DNA from: Lingula anatina | Taxonomy: Eukaryota > Animalia > Brachiopoda | Direction of reading: 5' to 3' | Length of the DNA stretch: 64,000 nucleotides | Assembly (NCBI GenBank): GCA_051362555.1 | Contig: CM120643.1 | Span: 29,206,848-29,270,847 of the forward strand | In this document: piece by piece, positions 51,075 to 63,054 of the stretch | Layout of the letters: every line of letters begins with the position of its first letter | How positions within the stretch are numbered: the first letter of the stretch is position 1 | Notes under the pieces: model-generated | What the model was told of the DNA's origin: nothing | What the model saw: the letters and a program-made list of their open reading frames with translations, nothing else | Database searches by the model: none | Made by a program: the position numbers and the translations under genes

Positions 51075-53991
51075 TTACCTTGGATACTCCTGTGGCTCGA
51101 GAAGAACTTCATTGACCGCCACATCTTTTGGTTGCTTCAAGGCATATATCACTGCTCTCGCAACGTCATCTGCAGTAAGTTTTGCAATCCTTTCAACAAA
51201 ACTATACAGTCCCTTGCACTGAAAAGAAAATAGGAAGTACGTACACTCGTGTTTTCTTTCAATTGAGAATGCTGTACGCAAAGCGTAGGTTATAGATAAA
51301 AAAAATCATATGATTTGTCATTTACAACGAATATAACAGCATTTTATTCAATGAACAATTCAAAAATAAGGAAATGATGGACGTTAGTAACAATTTCAAT
51401 ACAAATTGTTGATTGAAAAGGGAAAAATGCCGCATTATTCACAGTTTAATGATTTTACGTGAAGCCACAGACATTGTCGTAAATCGAGAGAATAGAAAGA
51501 GAGAATATCAGCATCAAGATAGAGATCATTTTTACACTATTGTGAAATGAACCTATTCGATTAGATTTAGATATCGCAATATGTCGCAATATACATGTGT
51601 ATCAGCGGGCGTAAGTTAACCTAAGAGGTTTCACACAGATTTCTATAACCCCATATTATTTTAGAGTTAAACAACACAGTTCTCACCTCATCGTCCATAT
51701 TGGATAGAGAGACAGCCAGTCCAGGTGTGTCCACTAGCCCCGGCTGGACATTGGTCACCTTGACCCCCTCCTGACACACCTCCTGTCTTAGCGTTCGTGT
51801 CATCCCCTCCAAAAAATGCTTCGTTCCAACATACACTGCCGCGCCTATTAAATTCTGAAAGCCCAGAACAATACCCTTCATATTTTGGGTTTTAGTAAAA
51901 CTTTTACACTTTCATTATCAAGTAACATGTTCATGTCGACTTCATTTTGAAGACCCAGCTTCAGCATTGTTAATAAATTAAAAATTACCAACTCTTGCAG
52001 TGGCGGATTTAGAGGGGGGTGTCCTGACCCCCCCCCCCCCCCCTTCGGTTTCTAAAAAAAATCACACTGATATTCTCCATTTGAAATTAGAATTTTGACT
52101 AGCTTATTTATAGTTCGTATCCGCTCCAAATGGCACCATTTGCCCTCCAAAACACCATAATATTTTGGGGTTATTCAGCGGGCCCCGATCCCCGCCACAA
52201 GGGGGCCGAGGGTCGGCTTCGTAACCGAGGCCTATCATTTCTGAAAAATCGGACCCCCTTCAAATAATACTGGATCCGCCCCTGTCTTGGACGGTTATCA
52301 TTTTATAAATATATTACAGAAAAGCACATAGCACTGAAACTTTTTTGGAATTTTCCGCGCCACAGAAAGAGTTTGTCTTCTAACTGAATATATATATATA
52401 TATATATCTGCTCGTCCACGATACTGGGTAACAAAATTTGGGCATGAGCATCAAAATTTCAACCTGGCGCCGATCTTGTGAGCACGCTTTCCACTAAGAA
52501 TATGCATCGTATTTTGCTTTATATTAATAATGTTTGGAAAATGTAACATTAAACACATTTAAAAAAATAAAAAAATAAATCGGCGGTTAAACAACAATGA
52601 CATGAAATCGTTTTTCGTGAGGTACATGTCAAAAAGTTGGAACTGGATTTAGGTAATTTAATAAAGGGTACCGAATGAGACAGGATTGTGCCGGAAGTGT
52701 GACGTCATATGACGTCATGTGGTGTAAGACGTGTAGCTTTAACTGGAAGGTGAACGGGAGTGAAGACGTGGCCTATCAGAGAAAAAAGCGGTTGCAATAC
52801 AGGATCGGACCATAACAGCTGTGATTACACGCTCAGATGATAGGATTTCCTTACACATTGTTGTTTTATGAAAAGCAGAGTGTATTTCAGATATTTTAAT
52901 CCCGAAATTGAACGATTTGTATAGTTCACGTGTATGGGAGATAATACTTTGTACTAAAACTGAAAACGGAAACGATGGTAATGCACAACAACTCGTATTT
53001 CCTACCCATCCAAATTTGCGACGAAAAGCAGTTTTTGTTTTTCTGTGTGCCGAGAATGATCCCACTGATGACAAAAAAAAAAAAAAAACATGACAATACT
53101 ATTTCGAGAGCTTTCTTTTCCATAATGTACAGCTGCAAAACAGACTGGTACGTTCTTGTGCCGGATTTAAGCACTGTTTAAGTTTCATTTTCGGCCAAGA
53201 ATTAAAAAGCTTAAAATTTAAAAAGTTTAAAATGCACAGCAATGTTTTGAAACACAAAATTGTTTGTTATAATAAGACAAGAGTATTTTGACACACCTTT
53301 AAAGATGATAACCCATTGCTGTTACCCAGTACCTTGGACATGCATAGATTTTCTTGCTCGTGCTTAATACCTTTCTTGTACAATTTGTAGTTATATTGAT
53401 GATATGTCCTCTTCTTCTCTCACACATACCACTTATGACCGCTCCGATACAATTAAGGACGCCCTGCGAAGGGATGATAAATTTATGGGCATAATATTGT
53501 CCATTTATTTTTATTTGATAGTACTATATATTCCCCCTATGAACGAAGAAATGTAGTGTTAAACTGTAAGGCACAGATGTAAAGCACATAAACATTTTTT
53601 ATGCTTTTTTAAAATTATAGATATAGAAAATTAATTATATTTTCACCTTGATATTAATGTCCACGATTTCTTCCCAGAGGTCTTCTTTGGCATATTTCAT
53701 GAAGGTGAGGTGCCACAACGCGGCATTGTTGACAAGAATATCTACCGGACCAAATGTATTCTCTGTCTGCCTTATCATTTCTTTAACCTAAAAGCAGGAT
53801 CTTTTGAAATACAGTGTAATGATGCCTTCCTAATATTAACCATGTTTTCGTATTATCGGAAGCGTGTTGGGGGCATATATTGCACAGAGTTCTGTTTAAA
53901 GTTGAGAGAGAGGAACAGACGTGTAAGGTGGTAAAAGCGAAAAAGACCTCACTCGTACCTGAGTTTTATTAGTTACGTCGCATAACACGGC

Positions 53992-54063
<72 letters not shown>

Positions 54064-54330
54064 GAAGAAAATATATATAAATAAAAGGGAGAAAAAACAC
54101 AGTAGAACCTCAATTCTATTGGTTATGTCGCATTTCACAGCGATCACAACGCCGCCTTCTTTCTCGATTGTTTCTTTTGTCTCCAATAACAGTTTTTCTC
54201 CCCTGGCTACTAGGACAACTTTGACGCCCTCTGCTGCCAACATTTTAGATATGGCCGCACCAATCCCAAATGAGGCTCCTGTTACTACGGCTACCTTGTC
54301 AGATAGAGGCTTGTCTTCTGAAAAGTTCAT
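51075..54330 (-). CDS. Classical short-chain dehydrogenase/reductase (YdfG/DHRS11-like), about 255 aa, 5 exons
   Basis: Exons 54330-54109, 53787-53647, 53463-53371, 51854-51687, 51218-51075, all phase 0. VAVVTGASFGIG (TGxxxGIG), VLVAR, CDIT, DILVNNAA, YVGTK (YxxxK), VQPGLVDT, DVARAVIYALKQPKDVAVNEVLLEP. Confidence 0.9.
51998..52284. mobile_element. MITE with CAG(T/G)GGCGGAT termini and 5-bp TSD TCTTG
   Basis: cagtggcggattt ... ggatccgcccctg, flanked by tcttg at 51993-51997 and 52285-52289; related fragment at about 61028-61110. Confidence 0.85.
52407..53349. mobile_element. Degenerate non-autonomous DNA transposon in SDR intron 3
   Basis: Imperfect TIRs gtccacgatactgggtaaca / tgttacccagtaccttggac; CpG-richer interior with ccggaagtgtgacgtcatatgacgtca. 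Confidence 0.55.
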
Positions 54331-55207
54331 TTAAGAATTTTCAAAGCATGGTTTTATTATATTTGCAAGGTGCTGCTTCCCGAAACTGATCGATGTCAAA
54401 GAGTCATTTCTTTAGTCGTCACTGAACCCAAGGGAGGTTGGGGTTGGGGGGAGGGGGGGGTGGGGACATATCTTGACTTTCTTGGTGACTAATTCGCACA
54501 TGTAATACGACAAGGTGTTGGTGCCTGTAGATTTCCCGGTGTCACTGTTTACATTTAGTCAGCCGTTAAGTGAGTCTTGAGATAAGTTGGCGAAAATATT
54601 CGTCTGCTGTGATCAGCCACGTGGAGTTCCGCCTCCAATGGACACTCACCATCATCAATAGTTTGCTGTACGTTTTCTGTCAGCACTGATGGAAAGCTTA
54701 CATGGCGAGAGACATTGCGAGTTATTGCCAGTGTTTTTTAAACTCAGTGTGCTGTTTTCACAAAATTTTCACCTGACAAACATTCACACACACACACACA
54801 CACGACCAACTTTACCTTGTTTGCCGGTTGCAGTTGCCATTGTACAGTAGCTATTGTAGAAGACAATAATAACTTAGTACGGATAGCAGTGACCGAATGG
54901 ATTGAGTACTGTTCTGGTAGGAAATAAATGCACCCTGGATGCTGCACCGCTGATATTAAAGTATGATGCGTGAGAGCGCTCAGTCTAGACAGTTGTCTTT
55001 TATAAGCTGACACGCATTTAGAACAGAAATACAGTAGGTCAGCATTGTGCATTGTTACGGGAGTTAAAATTCAAGTCGCCTGCGGGAGGGGTTTGTAAAA
55101 ATGTATAATGCCTTAGATGAAGTTCGGTGCTGATAAATAAGCAGCCAAATGACATTAGACTATGTTAATGTTAGCGTCACGCTTTAGAACCGAGTGATTC
55201 TGAATAT

Positions 55208-56589
55208 TAGGCCAGTAAACGAGCATATTTTCCCCATTGAGGTTGGAAAAAATTGGTGACAAAGGTTTCTCAACTGATTCTGGTCCGTTGGAGGCCCAGT
55301 ATAGCCCAAAACATTTTCCCCATGAATCCCCCCATGGCAAAGTCTGATTTTCCACAAAAATCCAAAATGGCCGCTATTGAATGGGGTGGGTGGACTTGAA
55401 ATCCATAACTTGGGAACCCGATGTCACAGAGACATGTTTTAAGTATCAACTTCTACTAAATGAGGGATCCCCAATCTTTTGCAACTAGTCTCAATGTCAC
55501 TGGAGGTCAAGGTCATGACCTTATTGCAAGGTCAAGGTATTTTTGGAGGAAAAAAATCCCATAATGTCTAAATGACAGTTTCCCAATGTCACAGAAACAT
55601 GTTTTAAGTATCAACTCCTACTAAGTGAGGGATCCCCAATCTTTTGCAACCACTTTCAAGGTCACTGGAGGTCAAGGTCATGACCTAATCATAAGATCTA
55701 TACATTTTGTGAGCAAAAAAAATGACGTGATGTCCATATATTGGTAAACTAATGTCACAAAACATATTTTAGTATCCACTATTATTGAATGATGCACCGC
55801 CAATCTTTTTCAAATTTATTCAGAGCCATTTCGGGTCAAGGTCATGACCCTAATTTCAAGGACACTGCATTTTTCGAGCAGAAAATTCCCATATTATCTA
55901 AACCTTTGTAATTGGATGTCACAGAAGCATGTTTAAATATCATTTCCTTCTAAGTGAGGTTCTGAGAATAATATGCAATTGCTTTCAAGGCACCAGAGGT
56001 CAATGTTATGACCTTATTTTCAGGTCATGGCATTTTTAGCTCGAACTGTCTACATTTTAATATCCTGGCCAATGTCACAGAAACATGTTTGAAGTATCGA
56101 TTCATACTAAGTGACATATTGCCGATCATTTGAAACTATTTCTAAGATCACCAAAGGTCAGGGTCATATCCTTATAACAAGGTTGTCATAATATTTAAGA
56201 AAAATTGATTTTACACTTATCAAATACAACACATGTGATCGTTTAAAGAATATTCCATTACAAAAAAGGCATCGTTGCTACTGCATAGTACTCATTTAAA
56301 TAAATGGCATTCAGTTTACAAGGCTTAAAGGTATACTGTACCCATCTCAAAATCACTAGGGCCTATGTGTTATATCTATGTTTAAATAAAGCTGTGCGTT
56401 TTACATTATACAGGAACTAAAAGTGAACTAAAAGCTTCATAACAAAATATAAATTTGTTTCATACTGGGAAGGACAGCCTGTTATACAATTACCATTGTA
56501 GCCTCACATAAGACATGTAAAAAATTGGAATATTCAGAATCTTATTACAGCATTCTATACTACTGCAATGGGGGAATTAAGTCATGTTG

Positions 56590-56636
<47 letters not shown>

Positions 56637-59344
56637 AATATTATGGAATTAGAAAGGGGGACGTTTTATATTGGACACAGGCTGGGGGTACAAACTGCCA
56701 GTAAAAAAACAATCATACAACCGGTGGTGAGTTTACAAGGAATGAAACATATCAGAAGTAGGTAAGCAGTTTCCCTGGGGAAATATAACCAGGTGGGATG
56801 GCACCTTTTTTTTTTGGTATTTACCTTCAGGCACAGAAGTCAGATTGCTACACCATTTGAACATCCGTAACAAATAAGTTGGGTTTCTCTCCAGCTTTAA
56901 AAAAATATCAAATGTTGATTTCTCAGATATTCACTTCCAATGCTTCTCTCAAATCTTGAAACTTACTAGCCACAATTTTATCACAATTGCTAGCTGTGGG
57001 TCTTTAACAATAGGTCTACATGTAGATGTGGCATAGAAGAGTTGGGTATGGGTCAATAAGAGTCCTTTTCATAGAAGAAATACATTTCCCTGGACAAATT
57101 TAAGGAGCAATTTGACTGCATGATGGACAGTGATTAAAAGGCAAATGTGTCCTCTGCAGATAAGTTGGACTATTTGCTTCAATACAACTTGAGGATAAGG
57201 TAGTCTGCATTAATGCACAGCATTCAATAAGCATTTATTACCACCTGATCACTTAATATTTGTCAGAAGGTTATTTCTACGTGGTCAGCTTCAAACTGAA
57301 GGATACAAAGTCCTTTACATACGTGTTAGATCCTCGCCCACAGCTACAACCGTTTGTACGTCCCTTGTCCTTGGTGCTTTGACCATCAAATACAAGCCTG
57401 TAGCTAGTGGCGTTCTGGATAATATTTTATCTAATTACACAAATATTTCTTGGTAGAAGGTCCACTTTTTCAGAAAAAGCCCCCCTCCCCCTATTTGAGA
57501 CCGCAAGCTCGACACAATGACTGTCAGCTGAGCTGCAGCAAAGTAAACGAAGGATGATGACGAGAGCCTGTAGTCAGTTTCCTATCCTACAGACCTGATA
57601 AAAACTTCCAGGTTGCAATCATGTCTCAGTACTAGTTCTCCAATCTGACAGGAGCTGGCATGATATGAAAACATGTAACTACTTTTGACACAGATGAGCA
57701 CACCACGAAACAGCAGCTTTAAAGTTTATCGACCAAAACATACTACACCTTCCCAGCAAATGACCTGCTGCTTATTTCAGAATCCCACCGCAGGACCAAG
57801 AACTGGGATATTTAGGAAAAAGATGTTGAAATGACACTCAAAGTGCACCATCTACAAGTTTGCCTTCACACAAAAAACTTATTAAATTCCCACTCAGCAC
57901 ATTAAAATTACACAATTAACCCAAGTACCGACTTGTGTCAGAATGCTCAGTAGGCTTGGGAGAGGGTATAGCTTTTAGTCCTCACCCATCCATGATGGAG
58001 CTAAAGGTATTGCATCGACCATTAAGAATCAACACACTTTACCAATGGCAATTCAGTAATGGCTGGCCTTTGGTTGTCATAAAAGCAACCAAATACAGAT
58101 ACTGATTAAATGGACAAATAAATATGCTTTATCCACTATCTCCTCTCTACAATGGCACACAGATACTCCAAAGTAGATCATACATAAAAAGGTAGGACAA
58201 GAAGGCTTTAGGTCAATCATTGGGCAGACAAGAAGAGAGCTTATGCCTGTAGCACCTGTATTAAAAATTAAAAGTATTTACTTCAAACCACAATGGGCTC
58301 AGGTCGCTCTATAAAATGTAACATTTGTCATAAAGAATGGAGATGAATATTTTGCTCTTAAACAATCTTATGTGTTGTATTTAGCACATCCTAGAATCAA
58401 ATTTCCTCCTAGATTTTGGAAATAGTTGCAAATGATAAAGCCCCATTTACAAGGCATTAATTGGCACGCTAAACACGTTTCTGACTTATTTGGTAATTGA
58501 GAAAGTATGGAATTTTGCTTGAAAACCTCATGACCTTGTAATTAGAGGTCAAAAACTTAATCTCTGGTGAACTTTAAATTAGTTGCAATTGATTGTTTAC
58601 TTCTCATTTAGAAGGAATTGATACATTTAACATGCATGATTTAGTTACATACGGTTACCAAGATATAGATAATATGATATCATTCACTTGGAAAATAACA
58701 TGACCTTGACATTTTAAAATAATATTGGCCTCTGCTGACCTTGAAAATTGTTGCAAGTGTTTGACAGTGTCCCACTTGGTTGGTATTGTTTCTTATAACA
58801 TGTTTCTATGACACTGGGAAACTGTCATATAAACATTAAGGGGTTTTTTTGCTCCAAAAATGCCTTGACCTTGTAATAAGGCCATGGCCTTGACCTCTGG
58901 TGACCTTGATACTGGTTGCAAAAGATTGGGGATCCCTCACTTAGTAGGCGTTGATACTTAAAACATGTTTCTGTGACATTGGGAAACTGTCATATAGACA
59001 TTATTGTTTTTTTCTCCAAATATGCCTTGACTTTATAATAAGGTCATGACCTTGACCTCCAGTGACCTTGAGACTAGTTGCAAAAGATTGGGGATCCCTC
59101 GCTTAGTAGGAATTGATACTTAAAGCATGTTTCTGTGACATTGGGTTCCCAAGTTATGGATTTCAAGTCCACCCACCCCATTCAATAGCGGCCATTTTGG
59201 ATTTTTGTGGAAAATCAGACTTTGCCATGGGGGGATTCATGGGGAAAATTTTTTGGGCTATATTGGGCCTTCAACGGACCAGAATCAATTGAGAAACCTT
59301 TGTCACCAATTTTTTCCAACCTAAGTTGTTTATTGACTGGCCTA
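55208..59344. mobile_element. Foldback DNA transposon, Academ-like (TAG...CTA termini, 4-bp TSD ATAT, about 0.9-kb modular TIRs)
   Basis: Left atat|TAGGCCAGT and right ACTGGCCTA|atat; 55235-55700 is the inverted near-copy of 58860-59325; arms built of about 165-bp units; no intact ORF inside. Confidence 0.8.
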
Positions 59345-59457
59345 ATATAGTGGCACATCAGAAAATCCCAACATGGCCAACAAATCTAACATGAAGCAAG
59401 TTGTTGGTATCCTAGATTTTAGATTTCAGTTTTGCCAGCTCAATCTTAATCTTATAT

Positions 59458-59712
59458 TTAAACCACGGCTAGCGCGTAGAACAAAAGACTCGGCCGTGCT
59501 GTATGCGACATACAAGCACGTCATGTACGAGTGCGTTCCACGGTCTGTTGCACTACTAGTGTAGTAGCCAATCAGAGGCCGTGGTTTAAGCCAGATACAA
59601 CACTCGTCGCCGAGCTGTACGTGAAAATTACTCGTGTATTGTCTCGCCTGCGGCTCGCCAATACACTCGTAATATTTCACGTACAGCTCGGCGACTCGTA
59701 TTGTATCTATCA
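59458..59712. mobile_element. Small palindromic non-autonomous element (Crypton-like/unclassified) with a long terminal hairpin
   Basis: Inverted repeat ttaaaccacggc (59458-59469) / gccgtggtttaa (59578-59589), then hairpin 59593-59708 centred on ctcgcctgcggctcg. Confidence 0.55.
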
Positions 59713-60592
59713 CATAATCCATATCAGCATATCAGACGAGACAAGAAGCAAAGTAGATGACGCGGAGTTTGAAGTTTGAACTAAGAATACTTTATTATTA
59801 TAATAATAATAATATGTATTTATTTGCAACTTAAAAAGTTGGATTTTACAATAAAGAACTTGAAGGTCAGTGTCACATCACAAGCAACTTTCTGCTTTAA
59901 AAACTGATTTTGGTCTAGCCATTGCGCAGGCCTTATAGTGGTATCGGGCATACAGAGTAGCTGTCAAACTTGGCACACGGCAAGCACGTGTTTTGTGTTT
60001 ATATCTCCAGGAGCCAATGTTTTTTGATAAGCAAAAAATACAAAAACATCTGGTATATCTTTTTGTTTTAAAATATATATATATATATATTTTTTTTTTC
60101 AATTTACATCTTTTATACAGTAAATAAAATTAAATAAAGCAAAATTAAATCTGTTTTACGTTTCATTTTGGACTAATGCCATTCAACTGCAGATTCACTG
60201 CAGAGCAGTTCTTTTTGATTGACGGATACGCAGCATTGATGCTGTTCCTCGGGGCCACTGGTAAAGCTACTCCATGAAAAGTTATGAATAGTTAGCAAGC
60301 TAGCTTTCCAGTGCCCTGACACTCAGGGCAGTTGTTGGGGACATTCCAAAATTCACCAGCGATTTTGGTCACTTCACGTAATGTCTTTGTTTGTAGTCTG
60401 TAATTCCTTAAATTACTTTGTGTAAAGTCTAAAGAGCTAAAGTAGGCTTGTTCATTAGACCCCAATCTGATTAAGAAGTTAAGTGCAAAAATTCTTTGGT
60501 TAGATATTAAAGAGTGGGATTCCCCACAGAGCCTCAGAATGTACCTGAGCAAACGACAAGTAAACTCAAGTTTCACAAAAGCTATTTGTAAC

Positions 60593-60639
<47 letters not shown>

Positions 60640-61129
60640 GGGTTCGGGAAAACGAAGAAAAGTACCTCAGATTTATCGCTTACATCACATTTCACAGAAA
60701 TTGTATCACATTTTAAAAGCATCATATTTCCTGGTATTTACTGATGGCAAGTACATCTACATCCACGCAAAGTAAAATGCGATCGGAAACCAAGGCCAAA
60801 TGTTTGTATTTTGATAATTCATCATTTTTTATATCTGTAGTTCGCACATGCAATTTTATGTAGGTTAATAGTTTCTTAGTTCTTTAAGTTTTTTCTTTTG
60901 TTCTTCTCCTACTTCTTCTGCTTTTTTCCTCGTACAAATAAAACAAGTTACAAAAAATAAATAATTAATTAAAAAACATAGATGTACACGTAATTAGAGG
61001 AGAAGGAGAAAAGGAGGCAAACCCCATCCATTGGCGCATTTAGAGGGGTGTCAGGAAGTCCTCCCCCCTCTTCAGTTTTGGAAAAAATAGAATTTTGACT
61101 AGCTCAATTGTAGTTCTAAAGCCTACTTA

Positions 61130-61610
61130 ATGGCACTGACGCCACGAGTTCGTATCCCAGATGACGCATGTCAGTCCGTCAAGAATACCACCCGACCCCA
61201 GGCCTACACAACTACCAGACTCGGCACCTAAGGATCCTGAATTAACCGGTATATCGGACCACGCTACCCGTTTTCAAGGTGTGTGTCAGATCCTGGACCC
61301 TGGGATCAGGAAGGCGCGATAAACGAACGCAGGCTCCCCTGGGTCCGGGCAAATTACCTTTTGCATATAAAAACGGACTAGTTTGAACAAGTGCTCCATT
61401 TGACAACTAATTGCTGGTTATCATCATAAAATCTGCTACGCCACAGATCAAACCAGGGATGTCGCATGCACGTCATACTGCCCTTTCATCAAAAAGTTCT
61501 ATCTTTTCTGTGGAGTTATCAGCAAGAAATTTTATTTATTTATTTATTTATTTATTAATTAATTTATTTATTTTTACGAAAGTCACGTCGTCGCTATTGC
61601 TTTACCCAAT
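61130..61610 (+). mobile_element. tRNA-derived SINE-like repeat, copy 1
   Basis: B-box-like gagttcgtatccc (61146), body caggctcccctgggtccgggcaaat, (ttta)n tail; paralogous to 62540-62935. Confidence 0.6.
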
Positions 61611-62539
61611 ATAATATTCGGGTTTTTTATGCCCGCTCCCCCTTCTTGCATTTGGGCACCTGATTATCAAGACTGCTCGTACCCGGGGCAACTCCACAGT
61701 CGACATTAGAAATGACAAAGACTACTCAAAAAATAAACCGCCAAGGTGTGAACCGTTTTGGCTCTCGGTGCTCTGTAATATCACAGGTGAAGTCTGAGAT
61801 TACCTCAGTGTAAAACAAAATGAAAATAAAATCATCTGAAGTCATCTGACTAGGACCGTTCCTTGCAGGTTTATTAATAAAAGCGACCAAACTTGTGTTG
61901 ATTCATTAGCTTTCCACCACGTCATACCACCTGTAATACGCGTTCACGTACACCGTGTCTTCTCTGCGGAATTATTTGCCATATATGTTTTTCTCAAAAT
62001 TCGCTTCGTCACAATTGCGTGAATGGAAAGCGCAACAACTTTTACCCATTTGAACGTTTTCCTATGATTTCCTCTTCTTAGGGTTTTGCTTAAACCAAAA
62101 CCACCCCGATGTGGACTGCATTTGATTCCATTGTGCTCTTTAATGTCATTGGTGAAACCAAACTAAATCTCAGCATAAAACAAAGACACAGTAAAAAAAT
62201 AATTTATCTGGGAAAGCTCCTAGTCGACCTCTCATACAAGGCCTCCTTTACATCATGTATTCAACGTTGACGATGTTCGGGGACTGGCGTTGCGAGAGAG
62301 ATATAAAACATTTGTATGTCGTTACGTAAGGTAGAAAGATTCTGTTTGGTCTGGAGCCTATCAAAGAAGCCTTTGTCACTTTGTGGCTCCGTGATAACTC
62401 CGCTGGTTTGGACACAGCTAGACACTTTTTCGCGGGTTCAAATTCCAGAATGTTCGCTGTAGCTTTTCTTGCTAGGAATAATCTCTAAAATTTGCGTCTG
62501 ATTACTGTAAGAGGAAACTCGTGCGCAGGGAAGGTGGGC

Positions 62540-62935
62540 GGCTAAGTCACGGCGCAGTCGGTAGCGTGCATGCCTTCAGAGACATCATCAATGGCAACGG
62601 AAAGTCACGAGTTCGAATCCCAGATGACGCATGTCATTCCGTCACGTATCCCACGGAAAAAGGAAGGTGCGAAAATCGAATGCAGGCTCTCCTGGGTCCG
62701 GGCAAATAACCATTTGCATATAATACCGTGGCCGAGAATGTCACTGATCTCTACCTTTTTCCAGCTACACCACAAATCAAACTTGACTTGAATCAATACC
62801 TAACCGACATGGCGCCATGCACGTCATACTGCCCTTTAATCTAAAAAATCTAAAAAATCTCGGTGGGGCTATCAGCAAGAAGTGTTTTTATTTATTTATT
62901 TTTACGAAAGTCACGTCGCCGTTATTGCTTTACTC
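62540..62935 (+). mobile_element. tRNA-derived SINE-like repeat, copy 2
   Basis: A-box-like cggcgcagtcggta (about 62550), B-box gagttcgaatccc (about 62609), same body and (ttta)n tail as copy 1. Confidence 0.65.
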
Positions 62936-63054
62936 AAAAATTGATTTAATTTCACAGAGATTAAGATAGATTCAGAAATTGTTAAAAACGTGAGTCATAC
63001 TAATAATGGTGGTCAGCTTCCAAAAGTTTCTAAAACGCGGGATGAAGGCTCAAG

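Noticed and set aside
62545-62630. Possible tRNA gene, including a TCA-anticodon tRNA-Sec
   Set aside because: No clean cloverleaf or anticodon stem; it continues into a repeat body shared with 61130-61610, so a SINE head is more likely.
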